Shown here: piece by piece, positions 32,050 to 40,917 of the stretch
How positions within the stretch are numbered: position 1 is the first letter of the stretch
Layout: each line of letters begins with the position of its first letter
From: an uncultured Chloroflexia bacterium
GTDB lineage: Bacteria; Chloroflexota; Anaerolineae; B4-G1; SLSP01
Reading direction: 5' to 3'
Assembly: GCA_963751345.1 (NCBI GenBank)
Contig: CAVVUS010000014.1
Span: forward strand, 243,394-307,393
Length of the DNA stretch: 64,000 bases
The notes under the pieces: model-generated
What the model was told of the DNA's origin: nothing
Seen by the model: the letters and a program-made list of their open reading frames with translations, nothing else
The model's database searches: none
Made by a program: the position numbers and the translations under genes

Positions 32050-32512
32050 CGCTTTTCCACTCCGCCTCCAGTTGGCCCGCCTTCACCGACCCAGACTTCC
32101 TTCTTCCAGATGGGGGCGATCTCCTTCAAACGATCGATCGCATAGCGCAGCGCGTCGAACGTGTCCCGCCGGTGCGCCGCCGCCAATGCAATCACGACGG
32201 CCGTCTCGCCAATCTCCAGATCGACCCACCCGATGGAGGATGGCCGCATCCCGGATGTCGGGCCACCGCTCACGCACCTCATCTGCGATCTGCCGTCAAC
32301 ACTTGCACCGCCATCTCCGGATAGGCCTCGTACTCCAGGTAACGCACTTCGCGCCCGTCCGTTTCGCCGCGCACCACGCCCACAAACGTAACCACGGCAC
32401 CAACGGCAGGGACGACGAGCCGCGAGATGACCTCGTCGACGGTGAGCACCTGGTCCGTGACCGCGAACCTTCGATCCCGTACATCCCCTCCGGCCATCAC
32501 TTTACCCACCAC
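32050..32512 (-). CDS. moaE: Molybdopterin synthase catalytic subunit (frameshifted; 3' end uncertain)
   Basis: [44 protein letters not shown] over several frames. Confidence 0.88.
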
Positions 32513-32741
32513 CCACCGGAGGGATCACAGCGACCTCGTCCGACTCGTGGAGACGCTGCTCCAGTGGCGCGTACGCCGCATTCACTGCAAAGCGCAACTT
32601 CAGGGCCTCCAAACTCGGGTAATGCCGGAAAAGGGCATCCTGCAGGTCCGCCAACGTATCCCCGTCGGTGAGATCGTGTTCGATCTCCGAGGCGCCTGCC
32701 AACTCCCTGGAAAACGCGAAGAATCGCACTTTAACCTTCAT
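32502..32741 (-). CDS. moaD: Molybdopterin synthase sulfur carrier
   Basis: [22 protein letters not shown]. Confidence 0.92.
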   Translation of the reverse strand: MKVKVRFFAFSRELAGASEIEHDLTDGDTLADLQDALFRHYPSLEALKLRFAVNAAYAPLEQRLHESDEVAVIPPVGGG

Positions 32742-32780
32742 GTTGTACTCCATCCTCGTTGTGGAAAACCTTGCCAAGGT

Positions 32781-33320
32781 TCAAGCCCCAGTCTGCTCGG
32801 ACGCCTTCGCAAGGTCAATAGCCCACGTCCCGCTCTTGCCGCCTTCCTTGCGAACGAGGCGTATGTTTGTGATTTGCATCGTCTTCTCGACGGCCTTTGC
32901 CATATCGTAGATCGTCAGTGCCGCCACGCTGACCGCGGTCAAGGCCTCCATCTCCACCCCGGTCTTGCCCCGCGTGCGTACAGTCGCCGTGATCCCGATG
33001 CGTGCACGCCCAGTCTGCTGGGCGCGCCGTCCGAGGCGCGAGGCCTCCTCGTCAATCTCAAAAGTGACATCGATCTTGGTGAGTGCCAGCGGATGGCAGA
33101 GCGGGATCAGATCGGCCGTATGCTTGGCCGCCATTATCCCCGCAATCTGGGCAGTCGTCAGGACGTCGCCTTTCGGCACACCCTCGGTCGCGATAAGGTG
33201 CAGCGTTTCGGGCAGCATCATGACCTCACCCTTCGCCACCGCCAGCCGCTCGGTATCCTCCTTGTCGCCGACATCCACCATCCGGACGCTGCCCGTCTCA
33301 TCTACGTGCGTCAGATCCAT
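32781..33320 (-). CDS. moaC: Cyclic pyranopterin monophosphate synthase
   Basis: [47 protein letters not shown]. Confidence 0.96.
   Translation of the reverse strand: MDLTHVDETGSVRMVDVGDKEDTERLAVAKGEVMMLPETLHLIATEGVPKGDVLTTAQIAGIMAAKHTADLIPLCHPLALTKIDVTFEIDEEASRLGRRAQQTGRARIGITATVRTRGKTGVEMEALTAVSVAALTIYDMAKAVEKTMQITNIRLVRKEGGKSGTWAIDLAKASEQTGA
33003..33039. repeat. 36-bp micro-element inserted in-frame in moaC
   Basis: CACGCCCAGTCTGCTGGGCGCGCCGTCCGAGGCG, near-identical to the tandem unit at 58146-58250. Confidence 0.85.
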
Positions 33321-33324
33321 GCGC

Positions 33325-34374
33325 TCAACCTCCGATCTGGGCCATTGCTCGTTTTTCCGCGCGCTCATCCATATTGAGACGGTGTCCCAGGGGTTTGGCC
33401 TGGATGGCGCTCATGAGCAGCGCCTTAAGGTCCTCCTCGTCCGCCCCACTCCGCAGAGGCGTTCTCAGATCGATCTCATCGTCTGCGAGAAGACACGGGC
33501 GCAGCTTACCATCAGAAGTCAGCCGCAGACGGTTGCAGAGGTCACAGAAGTGCGCGCTGACCGGCGTGATAAAGCCCAGGGTGCCACCTGCGCCAGGCAG
33601 TCGATAGCTCCGTGCCGGACCAGCACCCACAGGTCCTTCGACCTGCGTCAAGTGTCCCAGGGAGGCTTCCACGCGGGCGCGGATTTCCACCGCCGGCACT
33701 ACGTGCGTACGCCAGTTCTCGTCGAGAGCCCCCACGTCGCCAACAGGCATCCACTCGATGAAGCGCAGATGCCACCCGTCGCTGATCGTCTTTCGTGCCA
33801 GATCGACAACCTCGTCGTCATTGAGATCGCGGATCACCACCGCGTTGATCTTCACGGGTCCCAGTCCCGCCGCTTCAGCAGCATCGATCCCCGCCAGCAC
33901 GTCTCCGAGCCGGCCGCGTCGCGTCATTGTCGTGAACCGCTCGGGGCGCAGTGTGTCGAGGCTGATATTGATCCTATCTAGCCCCGCCTCGGCCAGGTCC
34001 GCAGCAAACCGGCTCAACAGCACGCCGTTGCTCGTCATCGAGAGATCCTCGATCCCCGGAACGTTCGCCAGGGCGCGCACGAGATCGACAATGCCCAATC
34101 TGACCAACGGTTCGCCCCCGGTCAGACGTACCTTACGCACACCGAGCGCAACCGCCGCGCGGACCACGGCCTCAATCTCCTCGAACCGCAGGATCTCGTC
34201 GTGGCCGCAGAGCGACACACCCTCTTCCGGCATACAATAGACGCAGCGAAGGTTGCAGCGGTCCGTCACCGAGATGCGGAGGTAGTCAATCGAGCGCATA
34301 TACCTATCGTACGCAACCATAGTGGCTCCCACTCTACTCATAGATCCAGGCACTTTATCTTCCAACTTGCTCAC
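33325..34374 (-). CDS. moaA: GTP 3',8-cyclase
   Basis: [41 protein letters not shown]-terminal QIGG. Confidence 0.97.
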   Translation of the reverse strand: MSKLEDKVPGSMSRVGATMVAYDRYMRSIDYLRISVTDRCNLRCVYCMPEEGVSLCGHDEILRFEEIEAVVRAAVALGVRKVRLTGGEPLVRLGIVDLVRALANVPGIEDLSMTSNGVLLSRFAADLAEAGLDRINISLDTLRPERFTTMTRRGRLGDVLAGIDAAEAAGLGPVKINAVVIRDLNDDEVVDLARKTISDGWHLRFIEWMPVGDVGALDENWRTHVVPAVEIRARVEASLGHLTQVEGPVGAGPARSYRLPGAGGTLGFITPVSAHFCDLCNRLRLTSDGKLRPCLLADDEIDLRTPLRSGADEEDLKALLMSAIQAKPLGHRLNMDERAEKRAMAQIGG

Positions 34375-34377
34375 GTG

Positions 34378-34926
34378 CTATCGACGCTCGGCGAGATAGG
34401 CAAAAAACCCGGCTTTGCGCAGCGCCCGCAGCGTCAAAGCCCCGAGGACGCCGCCGAGCGCACCGAATATGGCATAAGTCAGGAACGACCACGCCAGCCC
34501 CAAGGCCACGAACCCCAGCGGCGCGCCGGTCAGCACGCCCAAGATCCACTTTACCAGGAACTTGCCCAGATGCCCGAGCATCCCCGCCAACCCCGCAGCG
34601 ACGAAGTTCTCCGGGCTTCCCAACAGCCATAGCGCCAGGTCCGCGGCGATTCCGACCACCGTATAAGAGAGAAAGGTGTTGAGGGCACCGAGATCGCCCA
34701 TGCCCAGGAACGCCGCAAGTACCCCCGACGAGACCCCGACCAGGCTGGCCGCGCCCCGCTTGGGGACGATACCCGCAGCCGCGATGACAATCGCCAACCA
34801 GAAAAGACCGGAGTGCCCCGGAACCTGTATGGGGAACCGGAGCGCGATCTTGGCGACCACGACCAATGCCGCGAATAGCGCCAGCAGGACCAACTCAAAG
34901 GTGGAGAAATACGCCTTCTTGTCCAT
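34378..34926 (-). CDS. ECF transporter substrate-specific (S) component
   Basis: About 180 aa with 5-6 TMs; N-terminal FSTFELVLLALFAAL (AxxxA-like); PGHSG loop; VPKRGAA; lies next to the ECF A/T gene. Confidence 0.75.
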   Translation of the reverse strand: MDKKAYFSTFELVLLALFAALVVVAKIALRFPIQVPGHSGLFWLAIVIAAAGIVPKRGAASLVGVSSGVLAAFLGMGDLGALNTFLSYTVVGIAADLALWLLGSPENFVAAGLAGMLGHLGKFLVKWILGVLTGAPLGFVALGLAWSFLTYAIFGALGGVLGALTLRALRKAGFFAYLAERR

Positions 34927-35405
34927 CAATTCACGTCGATCCGGTCGACATCCTGAACCCATTCGTCGCGGGTGGCAAGCCCCGGCATTCTTGAAGCAAG
35001 CTTCAGAGTTCCACGCCCCGAGAGATCGAACATGATCATATTGTCGACGTCGCCGATCTCCCCCCAGGTCAGGTCAACGGACCTTTCCCGGCTGCTGCTG
35101 CTCACGATGATCTCGGTATCCGCCGTCAAGTCATCGGCCGGGAGAATCTGAAGGAGAACGTCCTTCAGCAGCCACCCCTCCTGGGTCTTGCCCTCTTCAT
35201 CGTCCACGAAACTGACCTTCTCAAGCGATGCCAGATCGTCAGGTGTGAAAGCGCCGGCCAGCTGGCCGTTGACGTAAACAGGAATGCTGCCGGGTACCAG
35301 TCCCGCCACTGTGTTGCGCCGGCGAATCAATTCGCCTACGAGCACAACGCCCGCCACCAACGCTACAACCACAAGTACAATGACGATCCGCGTACTCTGC
35401 TTCAT
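34926..35405 (-). CDS. Membrane-anchored protein resembling a minimal sulfite-oxidase-type molybdopterin-binding domain
   Basis: N-terminal TM; FTPDDLASL, GWLLKDVL, LKLA and WVQDVDRIDV pattern; no Cys. Confidence 0.55.
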   Translation of the reverse strand: MKQSTRIVIVLVVVALVAGVVLVGELIRRRNTVAGLVPGSIPVYVNGQLAGAFTPDDLASLEKVSFVDDEEGKTQEGWLLKDVLLQILPADDLTADTEIIVSSSSRERSVDLTWGEIGDVDNMIMFDLSGRGTLKLASRMPGLATRDEWVQDVDRIDVN

Positions 35406-37705
35406 ACAGTTCCTCTATATGCCAACACCAAAAGACCCATCGCAGCCAGGGTCGCCCCGATCAAGACCCAATCAGCCCAGCGCATCCGGAGAACGTGATA
35501 CGGAGCGCGATGCGGCGACTCGAATCCCCGGGCATAGGCAGCTTCGGTCATCGTCCACGCCCGCCGCGTCGCCATGACGATAGCCGGCACGGTCAATGTG
35601 ATGAGATCTCGGGGCCGCCATCCGAGCGCCCTCCTCAGCCCTTCCCCCGATTTGGCCCGGAATATGCCGCTGGAGAAGAACGGGAAATGCGCCCCCGCCG
35701 TCCGAGGCGCATCCGCCGTCTGAGGCGCATCCGCCGTCCGAGGCGCCCCCACTCCCCGCGCCATCTGCGCCTCGCGGATTGAGCGCCACTCGCCACGCAG
35801 CAGCTCGACACTCTGGAACGCCAAGCTGAGGCTGAAGGCATACCGGTACGGGAGACCCAGGCGCTCCAGGCCCAGCCCGAACTCCTCCGGTGTCGTCGTA
35901 CTGACCAGCAGGGCGAAGACACTCGCCAGGAGCGCCACGCGCAGCGTGATCACCACGGCCAGGTCCAGACCGATGAAGATCCAATCTACCGCGAACAGAG
36001 CCACCAAGAGCCACCTGAGCCGCCAGATCTGGCGACCGGCAACCTTCAGCAGCTGCGCCCACAGGAGCAGCGCACCATACAAGGCGATGAACACCAGCAT
36101 TCGCTCCAGCGGCAGCATCACAGCCAGTGAGGTCACCACGCTCAAGGCCAGTTTCGCCCGCGGGTCCACGTGACGCAGGGGTGATTGCGTCACCAACTGG
36201 GCGGAGCGGTGGGGAGGCAGAGGAGCCGGGGAGCCAAGGAGCCGAGGAGTTACCTCACATTCCCTCGCGCCTCCGTTGCTTTGCACGGGACATACCCAGT
36301 CAGGGACGCGAAGGCCGATCCGACGCCAGGCGGAATCCTCGGAGAAGACCACATCCGGGGGCCCGTCTGCCACGAGCCCGTCTCGGCCCAACAACAGAAC
36401 ACGATCGGCCTGCGCCGCCAATGCCAGATCGTGGGTCGTCATCATCACGATGCGCCCTCGCTCAGCCAGGGCCCGCGCCACGCGCATCAGACGCGCCTTG
36501 TGACCGGCATCCTGACCCAACGATGGCTCGTCCAACAGCACCCCATGCCTCGGCGCACGCATCAACGCCGTGGCCAGGGCAACGCGTTTCTTCTCACCCT
36601 CGCTCAAGAGCAGCGGTGACAGTCCCTCATAGCGTGCCAGACCCAGATTCTCCATGAGCCAGCGAAACCGCCCTGGATCGGGCGTGTCCAGGCGGAATAG
36701 CACTTCGTCACGCACGGTGGGGTTGAAGAGCTGCACGTCCGGATTTTGGAAGACCATCGCGAGATCCGGTCGTCCGCCATCCACTCGAACCGATCCGGTG
36801 TGACCTTGCAGCCCCATCAATGCACGCAGCAGCGTCGTCTTGCCGACACCATTGGGCCCGACGACGGCGACGATCTGGCCACCGGGGATAACAAGATCCA
36901 GGCCATGCAGAATCCTGCGCCCTCCCAGATCCACACCCAGGCCGGCGATCTCCAGCGCGAAGGGTGCAAACGAGGGCGAAGGGAACTCACGCACCGGGTA
37001 TGGCGCATCGGAGGGTATGTCGGCCTTATGCAGGCCCAGAGCCAAGGTATACAAGCCCGACAGCGGCTGCAGGGGTTCCTGCCGGTGCTCGCAAATCACG
37101 ACCGCGGTACCCCGGCGCCCAAGCGATTCGAGGCGCGCAACTAGATCGGCACTTGCCGTGCTGTCGAGCATCGACAGGGGCTCGTCGAGGACCAAGACCG
37201 GCGGACGCCGGGCCATCACCGCGGCCAATGCCAATCGCTGCTGTTCTCCGCCCGACAACGTCTGGGGCGACCGGTCTACGAGGTGATCCAACCCAAAGGA
37301 GTCAAGGGCCTCGTCAAGGCGCCCTGCGATCTCACATGATGACAGTCCGAGGTTCTCCAGGCCAAAGACGATCTCGGCCTCGACCGAAGAGCCCAGCATC
37401 TGGGCCGCCGCGTTCTGGAGTACAAACCCGACCCGCTCCGATAGATGCCACAGCGGCGTGTCCACCGTTCTCACCGCATGGGTCGGCCCCGCACCATCCA
37501 GCCACACCTCACCGGTGAGTTCCCCCCGATAGAGATGGGGGATCAGTCCGGTCAAACAACGTGCCAACGTGCTCTTTCCGCACCCCGAAGGGCCCGTGAC
37601 CAGGAGCACATCCCCGGCCTCCACCGCCAAGGACACAGGCCTCAGCCCGTGGGAATGCTGCGGGTACCGGTAGGCAACGTCGTCAGCTCTGAGAAGAGGA
37701 GACAT
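35402..37705 (-). CDS. ECF transporter ATPase-ATPase-T component fusion
   Basis: Two Walker A motifs (GPSGCGKST, GPNGVGKTT), LSGGEQQR and LSEGEKKR; C-terminal CbiQ-like VDPRAKL, EAQMARG, AYARGF. Confidence 0.9.
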   Translation of the reverse strand: MSPLLRADDVAYRYPQHSHGLRPVSLAVEAGDVLLVTGPSGCGKSTLARCLTGLIPHLYRGELTGEVWLDGAGPTHAVRTVDTPLWHLSERVGFVLQNAAAQMLGSSVEAEIVFGLENLGLSSCEIAGRLDEALDSFGLDHLVDRSPQTLSGGEQQRLALAAVMARRPPVLVLDEPLSMLDSTASADLVARLESLGRRGTAVVICEHRQEPLQPLSGLYTLALGLHKADIPSDAPYPVREFPSPSFAPFALEIAGLGVDLGGRRILHGLDLVIPGGQIVAVVGPNGVGKTTLLRALMGLQGHTGSVRVDGGRPDLAMVFQNPDVQLFNPTVRDEVLFRLDTPDPGRFRWLMENLGLARYEGLSPLLLSEGEKKRVALATALMRAPRHGVLLDEPSLGQDAGHKARLMRVARALAERGRIVMMTTHDLALAAQADRVLLLGRDGLVADGPPDVVFSEDSAWRRIGLRVPDWVCPVQSNGGARECEVTPRLLGSPAPLPPHRSAQLVTQSPLRHVDPRAKLALSVVTSLAVMLPLERMLVFIALYGALLLWAQLLKVAGRQIWRLRWLLVALFAVDWIFIGLDLAVVITLRVALLASVFALLVSTTTPEEFGLGLERLGLPYRYAFSLSLAFQSVELLRGEWRSIREAQMARGVGAPRTADAPQTADAPRTAGAHFPFFSSGIFRAKSGEGLRRALGWRPRDLITLTVPAIVMATRRAWTMTEAAYARGFESPHRAPYHVLRMRWADWVLIGATLAAMGLLVLAYRGTV
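35696..35746. repeat. 18-bp tandem repeat CGCCGTCYGAGGCGCATC x3 (TADAPQ) inside the ECF T domain
   Basis: Seen directly in the sequence. Confidence 0.9.
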
Positions 37706-38391
37706 CAGTCAAGTTTCAGCGGCATCCAATATCCATCGGCCTGCTCCACAACAGCAATCGGCCTTCCACCGCGACGCGCGGGACGCAGCCGATCGGTCTG
37801 TACCAGACCCTCGCTTACGATTTCCCCATCCATCGTCTGCACGGCGGCGATACCGGCACCGAGAACCGCTGAGATAGGCTGGAGCCCCTGTAGATCACGC
37901 ATCGTGCCGACGAGCACGTAGCGCCCGTCCTCGCCGCTGGCGGCCAAACCAACCGCCGCCAGGGCACCGATAACACCATCTTCGTCGCCTCCGAGCCCAA
38001 GCAGAGGCAGGCCCAATTCCCTGGCCAGATCGCGAGCCTCGGCCCGCGTGACCAATTCCTGCTGTACGCGGTGCCCGAATGCGGTAGCCTCCGGCGGTAC
38101 GTCCACCGCGATGCACAATCCAGGATCGCTGCCCGGCACGTTCTCGGCTACCATCAAGTCACGCACACGCGCCAGAAGCTCATCGACATCGATGCCGGTG
38201 GAGGGTTCCAGCAGGATCGCCGCGCTGCTGTTATTCTTCGTACATGGAACGCGGGGGTCGCGCAGCAGTTGGTGGCGCGTCACGCCCAACACCGTGTAGT
38301 CCTCGGCCAAGTTCGCGGCGATTTCCCGGGCCAGATGCCCCGTTCCGCGCGATTCCAGAACATCCGTGTCATCGAGTCCGATATAGATCAT
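37705..38391 (-). CDS. TiaS N-terminal-like (DUF1743/Mmp11-related) protein of unknown function
   Basis: IYIGLDDTD..GTG, RHQL, TKNNS, SDPG and GVIGALAAVG motifs; no OB or zinc-ribbon tRNA-binding domains. Confidence 0.7.
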   Translation of the reverse strand: MIYIGLDDTDVLESRGTGHLAREIAANLAEDYTVLGVTRHQLLRDPRVPCTKNNSSAAILLEPSTGIDVDELLARVRDLMVAENVPGSDPGLCIAVDVPPEATAFGHRVQQELVTRAEARDLARELGLPLLGLGGDEDGVIGALAAVGLAASGEDGRYVLVGTMRDLQGLQPISAVLGAGIAAVQTMDGEIVSEGLVQTDRLRPARRGGRPIAVVEQADGYWMPLKLD

Positions 38392-38420
38392 AGTGGGCCC
38401 TGTCCTCATCTGATGGCAAC

Positions 38421-38447
38421 AAAAAAGGCGTCTCACAAGGAGACGCC
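38421..38447 (-). terminator. Intrinsic terminator (riboswitch expression platform)
   Basis: Minus strand GGCGTCTC-CTTGT-GAGACGCC-TTTTTT, between aptamer and first gene. Confidence 0.85.
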
Positions 38448-38502
38448 GCACCCCACAACCACATACCAGGCAGGACGATCGACCTGCACTGTGGGCTGGT
38501 GC

Positions 38503-38616
38503 ATCTCCTTTCCAAACACGGGAGGCGTCGCCGTTTCCGACGAAACCCTATTGCCCAACGTCCATGGACCGTCCGCACAGATCGTGCTCAGCCTGTAGGC
38601 GCATTGGGTCGGAGAT
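38503..38616 (-). promoter_or_regulatory. Moco-class riboswitch aptamer lacking P3
   Basis: P1 ATCTCC/GGAGAT; P2 CCCAATG/CGTTGGG; AGGG; P4 with GAAA loop; GCCTCCCGTGTTTGGAAAGGAG signature; upstream of the moa operon. Confidence 0.88.
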
Positions 38617-38637
38617 TGACCGTAATCCGCACCCGGG

Positions 38638-38665
38638 ATTATACCCGGCGCGCCTCTAGCGACAA
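38638..38665 (-). promoter_or_regulatory. sigma70-type promoter of the riboswitch operon
   Basis: Minus strand TTGTCG-16 bp-TATAAT. Confidence 0.7.
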
Positions 38666-38847
38666 GGCGGCCTCCCGCAACGCAGTACATATCTTCCGGC
38701 AGTGGCAGGGCGTACACATCGCGAGCCGGATCGGCCCACGAACCGAGTGGCGCCCACCGGTGTCGGTCTTCTCCGCCGTAGAGACGGGGCGGCGCCCCGT
38801 CTTCTGCCCGCGCGACACACGGCGCGGAGCCGGAAGACGCCCCGCCG

Positions 38848-38900
38848 ACGCGTTCCGACGCGCCAACGCGTTCCGACGCGCCAACGCGTTCCGACACGCG
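38848..38900. repeat. 18-bp tandem repeat ACGCGTTCCGACGCGCCA x3, intergenic
   Basis: Seen directly in the sequence. Confidence 0.85.
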
Positions 38901-39036
38901 TCGTGTGCACAAGGACACGCAGGCCGAGATGCGTTCGCCCTGTTGGCAGAGCTGTGGGCTCTCTACGCAGGATGGCTATGTTATAATGGCGCAGAGATGC
39001 GCACGCCGATCATCAAGGAGCCACAAGGACGGTGAC

Positions 39037-39528
39037 ATGAGCTTTACAGATCCCACGATTCACGTCTATGCCAACGGACACGGGTTTGTCGTGGTTCCGG
39101 TACTGATCGATGCCGCGGGGCACGAGGTGGAGGGAACCCCGGCGAACCTCGCCGCGCTGACCTTAGGACGTCCCACCACGTTGGCCCTCACGAAGGCCCT
39201 CAGAAGCGCCCGCGAGCAGAGCGCAGCCGGCCAAAGCGACACCTGGATCGCATGGGATGGTGACAACGGCAAATGGTGGGCCCATCACCTTTTCAGGGCG
39301 ACGATCGTGTGGCACGCCGATGCCGTGGTCATCACATCAGAGCCTCGCGGGAAAGCTCTGACGCAATCTTGCCGAGGCCCAAACAAGCCGGCCTCGCGCA
39401 GGACGACCAATTGGAGCCCACAAGGTTTCCGAGCTTCCCGCGGACGCCCCGGCATCCGAGATCGCCGAGTGGCTGATTCGCCACCTCGGAGAGTGCTTGG
39501 GCTAAGGTGTCCCTCTGCGACCCGCTAG
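39037..39528 (+). CDS. Hypothetical protein (C-terminus probably frameshifted)
   Basis: TATAAT near 38982; ATG after GGACGGTGAC; protein-like N-terminal 110 aa. Confidence 0.5.
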   Translation: MSFTDPTIHVYANGHGFVVVPVLIDAAGHEVEGTPANLAALTLGRPTTLALTKALRSAREQSAAGQSDTWIAWDGDNGKWWAHHLFRATIVWHADAVVITSEPRGKALTQSCRGPNKPASRRTTNWSPQGFRASRGRPGIRDRRVADSPPRRVLGLRCPSATR

Positions 39529-39533
39529 CACCC

Positions 39534-40889
39534 CTATTGCGACTCGGGCGCAGCCTGCTGGTCCAGGTAGGCCTTGATCGTGGGCATAGCGTTCAGCTTC
39601 TCATAGAAGAAGTTATTCACGATATTCAGCACCTCCGCACGCGCTGCCTCCGCCTCGGTGTTGAGTTCATCCCCTTCCTGTGGCCTGGAGAGGCTGTCGC
39701 GCAAACGAAGGAGCCGGCGCACGATTTCTGTCTCTTGCTCGCCTTCCAACGCATCAATCACGGAGAGGATCAGCGCGTCGATCTGCTGGAAGACATTCTC
39801 GCGCGAGATCGCAGAACCCGACCGTACGGTGTCGTCCACGGTCCGGATGAGGCTGTGCACCTGGTAAAGCATCGTCGTGGGCTCGTCGAAGAGTTCGCGG
39901 AGGAAGGCCGCTTCCTCGTAGCGACCCGTCAAACGGAAGATGTTGTACATCCGCTTGGCGGCCTTGCCGTAGTTCAGAGGATCCTTCGCGATGTACTTCT
40001 GTACCTCATGCTCCAGTCCGGCCACATAGTCGCCCAGCGCATCCGAGGATACATGCTTGACCAGCTTCGAGAAGATCGGCACAGACTCGGCCTGCAGATA
40101 GACTTCCTGGAAGTACGGGTCCAGATAGCCATCTAATGGCGTGATCGTACCATCTGGCGCTTCCCAGGTCACATCAAGCATATTGCTTGCGTTGGCGAGG
40201 GTGCCACGCACGGGATCCGCCACTACCCAGTCGAGTTTGCACCAACCCGGGTCTTGCGCCGCCTCGTCCCAACCGATTGTCATCGGCGTGCCGTCCGAAT
40301 GCGTGCCTCGGATCTCGCCGGCCTCGACGTCCGCCGCTGACCATGAGATGGGCGTCCCCGCCTTCATCGTGCGGCCATCCCGGACCATTTCCCGCGGATA
40401 TGAGCCTAACTTGGCCTCAATGAACTGGTACGTGTCCCCACGCATCGTCTTGAGAGCCTTCTCGCGCATGACCTCACCCAGTATCCGGCAGCTATGCTCG
40501 CGGCTGTCGGCAATGATGTTGACGCGCTCGAAGTAATCGGCATCGCCCGGATAAGTCTGGATCTTCGATTGGGCGGCTGAGCCGGACAGGGCCAGGGCCG
40601 TCTCCACCTTGCCGGGGACGTCATCGAACTCAACCAGCCGGCCGATTTCGCGAAAACGCGCGAGCTCCGCAGGGCTGAAGTCCAGCATTGTGACCCGGTG
40701 CCCGTAGACGCCACTCTCCACATCCATCACGACGTTGGCCTCGGCCTGCATAGCTGCGATCGACGTGAGCCACTGCAGCGCTTCTTCCTCGTCCATTTCC
40801 ACACCCAGACGCTTCGCGGACTCAATGATACTGTGCAGATTGGCTTCGCCATCGACTGTTCCCGCTCGGTCCGTGATTTCACCCATCAT
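39534..40889 (-). CDS. Uncharacterised protein with Pol-beta-type nucleotidyltransferase motif
   Basis: LSGSAAQSKIQTYPGDADYFERV (GS...DxD), later CKLDWVV, helical C-terminus; RBS AGGAGG. Confidence 0.6.
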   Translation of the reverse strand: MMGEITDRAGTVDGEANLHSIIESAKRLGVEMDEEEALQWLTSIAAMQAEANVVMDVESGVYGHRVTMLDFSPAELARFREIGRLVEFDDVPGKVETALALSGSAAQSKIQTYPGDADYFERVNIIADSREHSCRILGEVMREKALKTMRGDTYQFIEAKLGSYPREMVRDGRTMKAGTPISWSAADVEAGEIRGTHSDGTPMTIGWDEAAQDPGWCKLDWVVADPVRGTLANASNMLDVTWEAPDGTITPLDGYLDPYFQEVYLQAESVPIFSKLVKHVSSDALGDYVAGLEHEVQKYIAKDPLNYGKAAKRMYNIFRLTGRYEEAAFLRELFDEPTTMLYQVHSLIRTVDDTVRSGSAISRENVFQQIDALILSVIDALEGEQETEIVRRLLRLRDSLSRPQEGDELNTEAEAARAEVLNIVNNFFYEKLNAMPTIKAYLDQQAAPESQ

Positions 40890-40917
40890 AAGCCTCCTTA
40901 CTACCTCGCTTCGCGCG

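Noticed and set aside
37705-38391. True tiaS tRNA-modifying enzyme
   Set aside because: Too short, lacks the C-terminal tRNA-binding domains, and bacteria normally use TilS for this modification.
38421-38700. Cobalamin riboswitch upstream of a cobalt/B12 ECF transporter
   Set aside because: The aptamer carries the Moco signature (GCCTCCCGT..TGGAAAGGAG) and lacks B12-box features.
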